From the NCBI RefSeq assembly GCF_009914755.1, contig NC_060934.1: a stretch of 64,000 nt of DNA. One strand, written 5' to 3'. Source of the stretch: the human T2T-CHM13v2.0 reference genome, Homo sapiens. Below are positions 1 to 18,033 of this stretch, one piece after another. Position numbers and translations under genes: made by a program. A model generated the notes under the pieces. The model did no database searches. It was given only the letters and a program-made list of their open reading frames with translations, and was not told the DNA's origin. Each line of letters begins with the position of its first letter. Position 1 is the stretch's first letter.

Positions 1-1261
1 AGGGCCCGAGCAGGCCCACAGTCTGGGTATAAAGGAAGAAAAAGGAGGAAGAAAGGGGTGTGTGGTTATCCTGCAAGACAACACTGACAGCAAAGCTCTG
101 AGCATCAGCGGTGGGGCAGGAATCTCAGGAATCCCTCATCTCTTCCTCCAGAGCCCCTGGAAAAATCCAGAAGCTCTGAACCCTTAGGGCTGCCTGACTT
201 GAGCCCAGTGCTGCCCAGCCTGGAGCAGGCAGCCCCAGCCACAGAGCAGATCAGCCCCCACCGTCCCTGCAGCCTGGAGGGAGATGGGTGCGGTAGCTCC
301 CTGGAGGGCGTTAGACTCGACTGTAAAATAGGGGTGCAGGGCAAGCCCCCTCCAGTCCTTCCAGCTCTGATTCCACAACTGTTCAGTGTCAAGGTGAGAT
401 TCCTCCCTGAATCCCTCCCTGAATGATAGAAGGAAGACGCCCCCCAGTCCCCACTCTGGAGCAAGGAGAGAGCTCTGCAGGCGTTGAGTGAGACATCGCC
501 AGTGAGGAGACCGAGTTTCAGAGAAGCCACTGGTGTGTCATGCCTAATGACGAAGCTGAAATCAGAACCCAAGTCACTGGGTGGCCAGCCCAGTGCCCAG
601 TGCCACAAGGTGACCAGGTCAGGTGTCTGCTTGGTGGCTGCCAAGTTTCTGAAATGCTGCTCTCTGAAACGATGACACAAAAATAGAACCTAACAGGTTC
701 ATAGCTGAAAACAGGGATTGGTGAAAAAAAAAATCAAGCCTTCAGCTGCAGCTCTTAGTTTTTTCTTTGGCCTCCCTGCTGCCACCCCTATCACCTAGTG
801 CAGACAAAAGCAGGAATTAATCACTATTATTCACAGAGCTGCCTCAGTGAGGAGGCGAACAGTCTCCCGTAGTACTGACTTCCAACACTATGGAAACAAG
901 GGGAGGAGAACAGGGGAGAGGAAGGAGCATCCGACTCCACAGCGGGAGATGGGCTCCGAATTTGTGGCTCACACCCTCTCTTCAACAGCACAGAGAATGC
1001 TTCGCCCTGTTTATCTGCCCTGAACCCTTAGGTTCAGGTTGTAATGAGGTGCAAACTCACGAAACTCATCCAAGTGGAGCAAGTCTGCTTCCTTTAGGTA
1101 AAAATCGTTTTAGTATTTAGAAAGGCCATTTCTCTTTTGGCCATAAAGACCTTCTCAAAATTCATGGAAAAGTTGCACAGCAATGTGAAGGTAGTAATGC
1201 CAGTGAACTGTACACTTTAAAAATGGTCAATTTGAGATTATGTATATTTTACTATAATTTT

Positions 1262-1577
1262 ATTTATTTATTTTATTATTTATTAATTATTTTTGAGGCA
1301 GAGTCTCACTCTGTTTCCCAGACTGGAGTGCAGTGGTGCATCCATAGCTCACTGTAGCCTCAAACTCCTGAGCTAAAGCAGTATGCTCACCTCAACCTCC
1401 TGAGTAGCTGGAACTACAGGCGTGTGCCACCACACCCAGATACTTTCTTTAATATTTTTTGTAGAGATGGGGTCTCACTATGTTGCCCAGGCTGCTCTTA
1501 AACTCCTAGACTCAGGTGATTCTCCCACCTCAGACTCCCAAAATGCTGTGATTACAGGCATGGCATACCATGCCTGG
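1262..1577 (-). mobile_element. Alu (AluJ-like)
   Basis: Antisense Alu dimer with (TTTA)n tail. Confidence 0.9.
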
Positions 1578-1900
1578 TGATACGGTTTGGCTGTGTCCCC
1601 ACCCAAATCTCATCTTGAATTCCCATACGTTGTAGGAGGGACCCAGTGGGAGATAATTGAGTCATGGGGGCGGGCATTTCCCTTGCTGTTCTTGTGATAG
1701 TGAATATGTCTCATGAGATTTGATGGCTTTATAAGGAGGAGTTTCCCTGCACAAGCTCTCTTTTTCCTGCTGCTATCCATGTAAGACATGACTTGCTTCC
1801 ACCATGATTGTGAGGCTTCCCCAGACACGTGGAATTGTAAGTCCATTAAACCTCTTTCCTTTGTAAATTGCCCAGTCTCGGGTATGTCTTTATCAGCAGC
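1578..1900 (+). mobile_element. THE1-type MaLR solo LTR, 3' terminus missing
   Basis: Starts TGATACGGTTTGGCTGTGTCCCCACCCAAATCTCATCTTGAA; ends ...GGTATGTCTTTATCAGCAGC. Confidence 0.9.
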
Positions 1901-2172
1901 CACAATTTTTTTAAGTGAAAGAAAAAAAAAAACTAAAGGGAATAAAGAGGAGAGTGTTCAGTTGTTTCCAAAGTTGCCTCTGGAAAGACTGCACAAGCTC
2001 CTGAAGCCCACAGGAGTGTGGGAAAGCACTCAGCCCAGAGAGTCCAGCCCTGCCAACAAATAGAGCCTACCATGGGTTCACCTCGGTCCTGGTGTGCCAT
2101 GCTCCATCCTCTGCCCTCACCCTTGGACCCCAGGGCAGCTCCTCAGCAGAGGCCTCCACAGAGCCAGAATCA

Positions 2173-2758
<586 letters not shown>

Positions 2759-3045
2759 TAGAGTTTCTGTTTAGGTGATTGGAAAAGGTTCTGTAGATGT
2801 TCTGATGGCTGCACAGCATTGCAAATGCACCTAATGCCACTGTACACTTAACGTCCACTTAAAAATGGCTAAAATAGTAAATTCTACGTTATGTATATTT
2901 TATTGCAATAGAACAATTCTTCAGTTACTTAACTCCTCAGTGGGGGAAGATACATATATTTCTGTCTATTTCCTCACTGCTAGGTTAATAAGGATTCCAC
3001 AGGCTGAGAGAAAAGCAAGCAATGCAGTCTGGTGGACTTCTGATT

Positions 3046-3530
<485 letters not shown>

Positions 3531-4668
3531 TAGAAATAAACTCTTTAAAAGCATCAATAAGCTGACTGGAAAGTAACTACTAGGCTAGAACCTAAGGGGA
3601 CGTAGGAACCCAGAGAAGTAGCAGAACCTCGAAGCATCAGGGCTGCTTTTTCCCTGCACACTGAGGGTATGGTGGGCAAGCTTGGGCCTTAGGCTTTACC
3701 AGCCTCTTCAACAATGGAACAGAACCGGGGCCCAGTCAAGATACAGAGAACTGATCAAAAAACCCTCCCCACCTTGAGGCTTGCATTCTCAGGGTTAGGA
3801 TGGCTCATAGTAAACCCACACTCCTCATGCATGCACTCACACCCAGGAGGCACAGGTCCTCTCCACAGCAAGAAAGGCAGGGAGAAAAGGAAAGGGAACG
3901 CCTCATGCCTAGACCCTGGCCCTAGAATGAATTGGCAACCTAGATTCACTGGGAAACCCAAGCTAAGAATTTGGTATAGGGCGACCCCAGATGGGCCCAA
4001 CCCATTTGGCAAGAACAAGGTCAATAAAAATTAGCAGCTGCCACCACCGTCACTGTCATTACCCCCTCCACCGTCACCCCCACCCCACCCCGCACTCTGC
4101 TCTCTCCTCCATCCTCCCTGTTTCCTCCCAGTTCCTGGAGGCCACCAGGTCTCCTGTCCTGGGCCTCTCCCATGGGCTCCACTTTCTCTCTGTGCCCAGC
4201 TAACTCCTCCTCACCCTCCTGACCTCAGCTCCAGGAGAATTTTCCCAGAGAAGCTTCCTCTGACTCAAGTCTAAACCAGGTCCTTTTGTCAACAGACCTC
4301 TATAAGCCTATGTTCCTTGCTTTTAGAGTGCTTAAATCAGTTCTGAATTATACATTTATAAGTAGGATTATTTGATTAACATCTCTGTTCCTCACTCAGG
4401 AGACTATAAATTCTCTAAAAGCAAGAAATGTACTTGGTAATATTCATCATAAATTCCAGTGCAGAATGCATAGAAAGTACTCAAAATCATTTTTGAATGG
4501 ATGAATTGCAAAGGCTCAGGAGACATGGGGTCTCCTAACTTTGCCACTTACTTTGTGCCCCTTGCCAGGCACTGAGCTTTCTGCATTTTAGTTATCCCTG
4601 TTGTGTAAAGGAATGGTGAGACCTACCCCAAGTACCTAGCAAGGTTCTTATAAGAACCAACTGAAACC

Positions 4669-4962
<294 letters not shown>

Positions 4963-5191
4963 AACTGAAACCCAATATATTAAAAATGTAAGGAATTTTA
5001 TGATAGGTTGGTAGCTGAATTGATATCAAATTGTGCCATATGGCAAACCCTTATTGCATACTTACTATAAGCCAGGCACTTTGCAAAGTGCTTCAAATGC
5101 GTTATCTCATTTAATCCTTATTTTAAAAACTGTGAAGAAGATGTTTTTGTCTGCATTCTACACAGGAAGAAACTGAAGCCCTAAAAGCTCA

Positions 5192-5700
<509 letters not shown>

Positions 5701-7169
5701 CACTCTTTTAACTTTAAAGTTTTTTCACTGCCTCCAGATCCAAATGTATTGTTTCCGAAGTTTTTGTATAGAGCTACACTTTGACTACACTTCTAGTTTT
5801 GAATAGAACTATTTCAGTCTACTATGGACTCAGTTTACAATTACCATTTTGCTCTTGGAAGGTCTTCATATGTTCAGAGCAAAGCAGTTTTCAATTTCAA
5901 TCACCCATGGAGCAGGAAAGCCCTCTGTGTTCAGTGCCTAGCCTAGTGATGTGTTGTGCAGGCATGCCCTCAACATTCCTTTGGATGGTAGAGAAGAGTG
6001 ACAATTACAAGGGTTTTCACTACTGTTTCTATAACCCTAAGATTCATCATCATAAGCAAGAAAAATCAAAACAGAAGGAGCATGAAGATTATTTTTTGAA
6101 CATCTGACTAGGTTATGAGTGGGTAGCTATTTTATTTTGAACATGCACATACTAAGTTTACTTTTTGCCAAGAAGCACTTTTAACTCCTATCTGAAGTTC
6201 AAGGAAATCAAAATTCACACACACATAGACACACACACAACCATCTCAGCATACTTTCACCAAAGATAATGAACAGAGCAGACAAATCAATCTGACAGGT
6301 AATTTACCACTGCAGTTTGATTTCATCAGTCTAGCCACAATGCATTATGAACCAGGAAAATTAGACGAGTCAAGAGGATGATACTATCAGTGTTTAATGT
6401 TTATTTTCCATTACCTGGCAGCACAATTATTCTCAATAAAATATATCTATTCTCTTAGAGAAAAGCTTTAAGCAGTGGAGCTAATAAAAATAGTACTATT
6501 AAAGTTTAAAGCAGACTCGGCAACTTGGAGAAAGAGACCGTGTGTCTTTTATCGATGATTGGTGTGACAATCAGAACTCTCGGCAGATTTATCACGGCAT
6601 TCAGGTGAATTGAAGGGAAACAGGGCATTCTCTGGACAAACAACTTCTATCTTCACTAAATGAAAGATGTTTTTCTCCTTCCCTTGAGAATGTCATGCAA
6701 AATGTAGTCATTTTAAACTGAGTTGACAGTTCTGTATTGGTGATTCCAACCCAAAACAATGTAGGACAAAGTCACTAAAAATCTCATGTCAATATGGGAT
6801 GTGTCAATCAGTGTTACACATAAGCTGATGCCCGAAACCCAGGTATATGTTCATCCAAAGGTGACTGGGACAAGAGTGTTAATAGATCCCATTGCCTGTT
6901 GAACTTTTCAGAAATGGAGTTTTTGAACACAGGCAAGTTGTTTGAGATAGGTCTCAAATGCAAATATTTATTTCATATGGGGAAAATTTCTTCGCAATGA
7001 TCTGTTCTAGAAGAATAGGGCAATACAACCCTGAAAAAAAAATGTTAGATTTCTTATTCTTCAAATGTGATTTAAATGTTTCTACTTTTACCACTGTCTC
7101 CCCTGTAACCAGCTACCAAAGAAATCAGCTTCATGGTTTTGGGTGATGGGGAGTGAAGGTTTCTTAGTC

Positions 7170-7452
7170 TGTTTGTTTGTTTGTTTTGTTTTGTTTTTGA
7201 GACAGCATCTTGCTCTGTTGCCCAGGCTGGAGTGTAGTGGTGCAATCTCTGCTCACTGCAGCCTCGAACTCCTGGGCTCCCTAATAGCTGGGACTCCAGG
7301 TGTGTGACACCACGCCTAGCTTATTTTTTGTTTTTTATAGAGACAGGGTCATGCTGTGTCACCCAGGATGGCCTTGAACTCCTTGGCTCAAGCGATCCTC
7401 ACGCATCTGTTTCCCAAAGTGCTGGGATTACAGGTGTGAACCACTGAGTCCA
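7170..7452 (-). mobile_element. AluJ-like
   Basis: Antisense Alu with (TTTG)n tail and a small internal deletion. Confidence 0.85.
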
Positions 7453-7946
7453 GTTGCTTCGGTTTTAAGATGGTGTTCCTTAGAAGCAAAAAGATAATAA
7501 TTAAAACAACATCAATGCCAGCAGTGGCTAAAATGCAGTTTCTAAGGCCTTATAAGTTTAATCCTAGCTCATTCCACCACAGAGAAAAATCAGTAATAAT
7601 AATAGAAGTATCAATAATAATAAAGCTGTAGTGAGGGATACAGTCCACAGAAAACAAAGCACTTGCTGAATTTTTCTACCTTTTCATTCTATGCTATTGT
7701 CAATAACACTCACTAAACAATATTTCATTTCTCATCACACTCAGAGTCAGGGAAACAATTTAGCTGAACCTAACGCCTAACTATTCCAAGTTCTCAAAAA
7801 GTATAACTATGCATTTATATATCATATTCATCCCCGGGGCATCTCAGAGACAAAGTATCTCTCAGATCTGAGAGCAGCTGTCTGATGGTCAGACCATCAG
7901 TCAAGTCAGAGAACATGGAACCATGTCAAGAAGTAGCTTCCCTGGT

Positions 7947-8120
7947 GACTAGAAGAGGAGGGCGGGAAGAAGGAGGAGCGAAAAGGTGGTAAAACTATCA
8001 GGTACCATGCTCACTACCTGAGTGATGGGATCATCCATACCCCAAACCTGAGCATTACACAATATACGCAGGTAACAAAACTGCACGTGTACACCCTGAA
8101 TCTAAAATAAAAGTTGAAAT
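7947..8120 (+). mobile_element. L1 (L1PB/L1MA-like) 3' end fragment
   Basis: ...CCCCAAACCTGAGCATTACACAATATAC...CTAAAATAAAAGTTGAA. Confidence 0.75.
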
Positions 8121-8978
8121 TGATAAGTGTTCCATTGCTGTGAATTCAGGCTTGTGGAATTTTTACATTTAGTTGCATTGAATTCAGATAATAATCAATG
8201 CTGTATTCCACTCAGTTGACCCTCTGCTGCCGAATATAAACAAATCAAACACAAGCAGAATGTTCACTATCCTGCTTCTCATAGCACTTGGGCAGGAGCC
8301 AACAGGGCATGTCCCTGTATATGCCACAGCTTCCTGTAGCCCTGAGCATAAATAACAAGCCTTATTTATTGGTTGTATTGCCAGCAGCAAAGCCTGGGCT
8401 AAGGCACCAATGACCCTGGATGAGAACTAAAACCTGTAGGAGAAACTGATCTGTAGGTGATCCAAAATTCACATGAAAAAATGAACGAATAAGTCAAGAA
8501 AGTTATTGAAAGGATAAGTAATGGGGGAGGGAGAAAGACAAGTTCTACAAGCTAGCAAAATATTCCATGAAGTCTCAATAAATGATATAACATGAGCGTA
8601 TGAATTATAGACCAATAGTATAAACAGGAAGTACTAAGATGAACCAACATATGGAAATTCAATATGTGATAAAGGTGTCATCACAAGCCGGTGGGGCAAA
8701 GATGACTTTTAAGTTGGGATAACTGGGTAGGACAGATATTTTATATATTTAGAAACATAGAAAGTGAAACATGGAATCATAAGAAAACACAGGTAAATTC
8801 CTTTTTATCCATGGAGTGAGGGAAGATCTAACCACAGGTCAAGATCCAGACACTTTTTTTAAAGAAAAGAATAATAAATTCAACTATATAAAAATAAAAA
8901 ATGACTATATGACAAAAAGAAAAAATCGAGAGAAAAATGACAAACTGGCAAAAAAATCAACAACTTACATCATGGACC

Positions 8979-10730
<1,752 letters not shown>

Positions 10731-11516
10731 TTAGTTTGATGCCATTTCCTTGATTCATGAGGTTAATATCACTAATGAGGGAAAATCTCACATCATATAC
10801 CTTCTGATGTGCTAGGCTGAGAAGATACAATCTGCATTTCACCTGAATCTTATCAGATAGGCCTAACTTGGGTTGCGGGATATTCTGCAAAAGAAATGAC
10901 CTGAACTCTTCAAGAAAGTCAAGTCATGAAAGACCAAAAAGTGGGAAGAAAAAAGACTAAAGAAACTGTACATATTCAAAGAGACTGAAAAGACACGAAA
11001 ACGCAATGCATGATCCTGAATTGGAGCCTTAAAAAATTAAATTAGTAAAAGGGAAATTCTGGAAATATTTGGTTTGAATTCAGACTCTACATAGTAGTAT
11101 TGTAGTGTATCAAGTTAAGTTTTCTGATTTTGATCATTGTCTGCAGATATGCAACTGAGTATGTTTTTGAAAGAAATACATTCTGAAACATAAAACATAT
11201 AGCACATATAAGAGAGAAATGAGAGAATGACTAAGTGGTCAGCTGGAACAGGGTGAAAGATATATGGGAGTTCTTTGCACTATTCTTGAAATTTTTCTAT
11301 AAGTTTGAAATCATTTCAAAATAAAATTTTTTAAAGAAAAGACGGGAATAAAATACCAGTTTGCTTATATTTGTATAAATACTGAAGTGATAACAAGAAT
11401 AAAATAGTGACCTGGAGTGGGACATGGAGTGAATGAGAACAGGGTGGGAGTGAAATTTCTCATGTATTATATATCTTTTAATATCATTTTGACTTTTAAA
11501 CCTAGTATAACTAAAT

Positions 11517-12100
11517 TTCTTTTTTTTTCTTTTTTTTGAGACTGGGTCTCACTGTGTCATCCAGGCTGGAGTGCAGTCATGCAATCACTGCAGCTGTGAG
11601 TTCCTGGGCTCAAACCATCCTTCAACCTCAACCTCAGCCTCTTGTGTAGCTGGGACCACAGGCACAGGCCACTGCAATAGGGGTCTTAATGTGTTGCCCA
11701 GGCTAGTCTTCAACTCCTGGTCTCAAGTGATTCTTCCGCCTTGGCCTCCCAAAGAGCTGCGAATACAGGCATTAGCCACCATGTCCAGTCTAAATTAAAT
11801 CTTAAAAGTTCGTTATTATTATTTTTTAGAGACAGGGTCTCGCTCTATCACCCAGGCTGGAGTCCCATGGTGTGATCATAGCTCACTGCAGCCTTGAACT
11901 CCTGGGCTCAAGCGATCCTCCCACCTCAGACTCTGGAATAGCTGGGATTACAGGCATGCAGCACCACACCTGGCTAATTTTTGTATTTTCTGTAGAGAAG
12001 GGGTCTCACTGTGGTGCCCAGGCTTGTCTCAATCTGCTGTCCTCAAGCGATCCTCCTGCCTCAACCTCCCAAAATGCTGGGATTACAGCCAATGAGCCAC
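11517..12100 (-). mobile_element. Two AluJ-like elements (11517-11790 with the mid-linker deleted; 11815-12100)
   Basis: Antisense Alu consensus. Confidence 0.85.
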
Positions 12101-12656
12101 CCTAAAAGTTAAAAGTTTAATTTTTGAATATGTGTTTTTGCCCACTAGAATTGGCTCTGAATGTGTATCCACTTTTCCAGAGACCATTAAAACAATATGC
12201 CATCTAGCTACACAACTTTGGTTAATTTTGCTAGAGATAAGAAAGTGAACATTAAATAACCCCAAGAGGCAACTTTTCAAGCCTGTTTATATAATTACAT
12301 CACAGATTTTATTAAATAATAATAAGGAAGCACTAAAATATTTACATTTTGCATTGACCCAGACAAGTTAGGTAACAGTTTATCCCTTCTATTTCGTTAA
12401 TTTTTTCCTTCAAAGAGCCAGCTCTCCAGTCAACTTATTAGTTAGACCATTTTTCTGTGTTCTAATTAATTAAGTTCAAATTTATGTTTACAAATTATTT
12501 TATTTTACTTACCTTGGGTTTATTTTTAATGTTCTTTTAGTATATTCTTAAGTTAGGTCATGTATTTATTAATAAATAAGGCTATACCTTTTCTTCTGAG
12601 CACCCATAAGTTCTGATAGAGTTTTCTTATCATTTGTTTTTTTATATATTCAGTAA

Positions 12657-12996
<340 letters not shown>

Positions 12997-13425
12997 AAAT
13001 TTTCCTTTTTGACTCAAGAGCTGAGTTGAGAGGTTTTTAACATCAAAGCAGTAGAATTTTTGTTCCTGATCTGGTTTCTGCTTTGTACTTTAGTGTACTG
13101 TGATCAGAGAATGTCTATATTCACTACCATTGAGAATTCACTGAAGTCTTCTTTGAGGCCTTATGGAAAAATTGTATGAATGTTTCATTGCCACTTAAAA
13201 AACAATGAGTTGTTATGTTCAGACATACACACACATATTTCTACCTTATCAATTATGATATTTAGGTATTTTTTAGTCTTAATTTTGGTCCTCGATGTTT
13301 AATGAACTAAAACACATGAATTAAATAATTAAGATGCAGTGTTTTCTATATTTTTTCTTGTTTCCCCTATAGCTCTTCTCTGTGAATGCTGATGCTCTGT
13401 TATCTGGTGCACAGTTATTCATAAC

Positions 13426-13545
13426 TTTTTTTTTTTTTGAGACAGACTCTAGCTGGAGGCACCCAGGCTGGAGTGCAGTGGCACAATCTCGGCTCACTGC
13501 AACCTCCGCCTCCCAGGTTCAAGCGATTCTCATACCTCAGCCTCT
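13426..13545 (-). mobile_element. Alu 3' fragment
   Basis: Poly-T plus part of the right arm. Confidence 0.8.
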
Positions 13546-14009
13546 CTCTATATAGATAGTTATGTATCTATTCTATTATCAAGGTCTACAACTCCAACAT
13601 TCAATTTTCAAATCATAATCCCTATATTAGTCTTGGCCTCCTATAAGTAATTTGATTCAATGCTTACTGCCATTTTTTATTGTTTTTCTCATTAATCTCC
13701 TGGTTATCTGAGTTTATCTTCTAACAGTATTCAGAAGTAATCACTATGCTAACTTTTGACACTGGTCTTGATTGCTGTTTTTGAAATTTTGAAATGGAAT
13801 GTATAACCTCTGTCTTCAGTCTGTCATTCAACATTGTTTGTGAGATTCATATAGGTAATACGTGTCAGTAGTTAACTGGTTTTCATTACTGAAAATCAGT
13901 AATATGTTTAGATAATTAGTAATATGTTTAGATGTTTTTCTAGTCTTTATTCTGTTCAATTGTTCTGTCTGTATCTTTATATTAATATTAAATTACTGTA
14001 GCTGTACAG

Positions 14010-14240
14010 CAGGGCATCCAATCTTTTGGCTTCCCTGGGCTACATTGAAAGAACAATTGTCTTGGGCCACACATAAAATACACTAACACTAACAATAGCT
14101 GATGAGCTAAAAAATAATAATAATAAAAATCACAGCAAAAAATCTCATAATGTTTTAAGAAAGTTTGCAAATTTCTGTCGGGCTGCATTCAAAGCCGTCC
14201 TGGGCCGCATGGAGCTGGTAGACTGTGGGTTGGACAAGCA
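14010..14240 (+). mobile_element. MER30 hAT MITE
   Basis: CAGGGCATCCAATCTTTTGGCTTCCCTGGG...GGTTGGACAAGC. Confidence 0.85.
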
Positions 14241-14329
14241 TTCTTTAGGGTAAGTTTTGATATCTGTTTTGATATCTGATAGAAGTTTTCAAACTTTACC
14301 CTCCTTCAACATACTTTTGACTGTTCTAA

Positions 14330-14703
<374 letters not shown>

Positions 14704-16772
14704 CTACCAGGGTTTTAATTGGGATTGCATTGAATTTATAAATTAATGTTGTGGAGAACGGAGACTTCTAATATATGAGCAAGGTATACCTTTCCATTTC
14801 TTTCGGTTTTCTTTAACTTGTCCCTAGAATGTTTTGTAGTTTGCTGTGTAAGGCCTTGCACATCTTCGTTACATTTAATTCTACATATGTGATGTGTTTT
14901 GAGGCTATGGTAATAGATCACTTTTAAGTCTTATTTTCTAACAGTTTATTGCTGACATAAAAAGTACAATTGATTTTTATATTGCTTTTGTACTCACTTG
15001 ACCTTACTAAATTCATTAATTCTATTAGTTTATTATATGTTGTTTTTTTGTAAAAAAAAAAAAAATGACAGTTTCATATCTTGGTTTTGGATCATTACAC
15101 CTTTAATTTTGTTCTTGCGTGTTGCACTGTCTAGGACTTCCTGTAAAGTGTTGAGTTGTCATGGTGACTGACATCCTTGTCTCATTCTCAATCTTAGGAA
15201 TAGCTTTCAAAATTTAAACATTAAGTATGATGTTTGCTGTAAATTTTTAAAATATTCTATATCAGATTAGGAAGTTCCATTCTGTTAGGCTGCTAAGAGT
15301 TTTTATTATGTATGGTGTTTAATTATATTCACTGTTATTTTTGTATCTACTAAGATGATCTGATGATTTTTCTCTTTAGTTATGTTAATGTGGTAAGTTA
15401 TATTGATTGGTTTTCAACTATTAAACCAAAACATATTTCTGAAATAAATCTAGCTTAGTCATGGTGCACTATGTTTCTTATAAATAATAAGATTTGATTT
15501 GCTAATATTTTGTTTAGAATTGCAGCAATGTTTATGAGAGAGATTAGACTATAATTTTCCTTTCTTGTCGTGTTCTTGTTAGGTATGAGGTTTTGCTGGC
15601 CTCAAAAAATGGGCAAGGACTGTCCCCTCTTTTTTAATTCTCTGCAAAAATATGTATATAATTGTTATTTCTTCCCTCAATGTTTGGAAGAATTCACCAG
15701 TGAAGCCACCTGGGTCTGGACTTTTCTTTGCAGAAAGTTGTTTAATTATGAAGCTGATTTTTGTGATAGATATCATTCAGATTTTCTATTTCCTTTGTCA
15801 ATCTTAGTATTTTTTTCCTGGAATTTTTTCATTTTATTTAAATTTTCATATTTATTGGCATAACTATTTCCATAAAGTCCTCTTAGTACCTTTTAGATGT
15901 CTCTAGAGTTTGTAATGATGTTCACTCTTGTTTTTTATTCTTAATATTTGTTATATGTTATCTCTGTCTCCATCTCTCTCTGGCCATGGATTTATCAATT
16001 TTATTTTTTTTTCAAATAATTATCTTTTGTCTTCAGCCATCCTTTATATTGTATATCTATTTTCTATTCAGTTGTTTTTCTTACTTTTAACTTCATTATT
16101 TTCCTCCTACTTCTTTCTGTTTAATTTGCTGTTCTTCGCTTATTTTCATGAGGTAAACTGTCATATATTCAATATAAATCAGTTAAAGTATTTTCTAATT
16201 TCCATCACTATTTATTCTTAGACCCATGGGTTATTTAAAAGTATGTTGCCTAATTTCCAAGCCCATGTGACTTGTATAGTTATCTTTTTGATACCGATTT
16301 CTTGCTTAATTTCACCATAGTCAGACAGCATACCGCATTCACGGAAATGTGTTGACACTTCATTATCCAACATACAATCAGTTTGGGTAAATGTCTCATA
16401 TGCATTTTAAGTGAAGGTGCATTCTAATATTGTTGCATGCAGCGTTCTACACATCAATTAGGGCATACTAATTACTGGTGCTTTCAAATTTTTTATATCT
16501 TTGCTGATTTTTGTCAGTGTGTTCTATCATTTATTGAGAATGATGTGTTAAAATTTCCTACCGTGATTGTAGATTTGTCTTTCTTTTTTTTTTTTTTTTT
16601 TTTTTTTAGTTTTGTCAGTTTTAGCTTTCCATGTTTTGAGGCTATGTAACTAGGTGCATACAAGTTAGAATTTTTGTATCTTCCTGGAAGACTGGCCCTT
16701 TTATCAATATAAAATATCTCTCTTTATCTCTAGGAATGCTTTTTGCCTTGAAGCAATAGATTCCTTTTGTTA

Positions 16773-17141
<369 letters not shown>

Positions 17142-17465
17142 TTAATATTTAAGGCATGACTCTTATAAGCAGTATATATGTAAGTTTTGTGTTCTGGCCA
17201 GTATCATAAACTTTTAAGTAAAGCATTTAGCTTATTTAAATTTCATGTACATATTTTTATCTTTGAACTTAGCATCTTACTATTTATTTTCCATTTTTCC
17301 CACCTAACCTACATTATTCTTTCTCTCCCCACTATTTATTTCGCCTTCTTTCAAATTTGTGGCTTTTCAACGTTTCACTTTCCTTTACTATAGTTTCTTG
17401 GCTTTTATAATTACCCTAGAAATTAAATGACTCTTGACTTAGTAAATCTAATATAAACTAGTATT

Positions 17466-17885
17466 TTCCTTTTTTTCTTTTTTAAACTTTTAGGTTCAGG
17501 GGTACCTGTGCAGGTTTCTTACACAGGTAAACTCCTGTCATGGGGGTTTGTTGTACAGATTATTTTGTTACCCAGGTACTAAGCCTAGCCCAGTAGTTAT
17601 TGTTTCTGATCCTCTACCTCTTCCCACCCTCTACCCTCAGGCCCCAGTGTGTGTTGTTCCCCTCTTTTTGTCCATGAGTTCTCATCATTTAGCTCCCACT
17701 TGTAAGTAAGAACATGCGGTATTTGGTTTTCTGTTCCTGTGTTAGTTTGCTAAGGATAATGGTCCCCAGCTCCAACTATGTTCCTGCAAAAGAAATGATC
17801 TCATTGTTTTTATGGCTGCATAGTATTCCATGGTGTATATATGACGCATTTTCTTTAGCCAGTCTGTCATTGATGGGCATTTAAT
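17466..17885 (-). mobile_element. L1PA/L1PB 3' end
   Basis: Antisense L1 3' UTR (GGGGTACCTGTGCAGGTTT...GGCTGCATAGTATTCCATGG). Confidence 0.85.
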
Positions 17886-17993
17886 TCCTTATAAATATGA
17901 CTTCCTAAACAATGCTAATACCTCAGAACATTTTGACTTTATTTACTTGTCTCTCATCACTTGTATTATTGTAATGTATCATAGCCATGTGAG

Positions 17994-17996
<3 letters not shown>

Positions 17997-18031
<35 letters not shown>
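17997..18031. repeat. (AC)n microsatellite
   Basis: About 17 AC units. Confidence 0.95.

Positions 18032-18033
<2 letters not shown>

Noticed and set aside
105-680. 191-aa minus-strand ORF and overlapping plus-strand ORFs as a gene
   Set aside because: The start is non-ATG, there is no recognisable domain or splice context, and long ORFs arise easily in GC-richer DNA.
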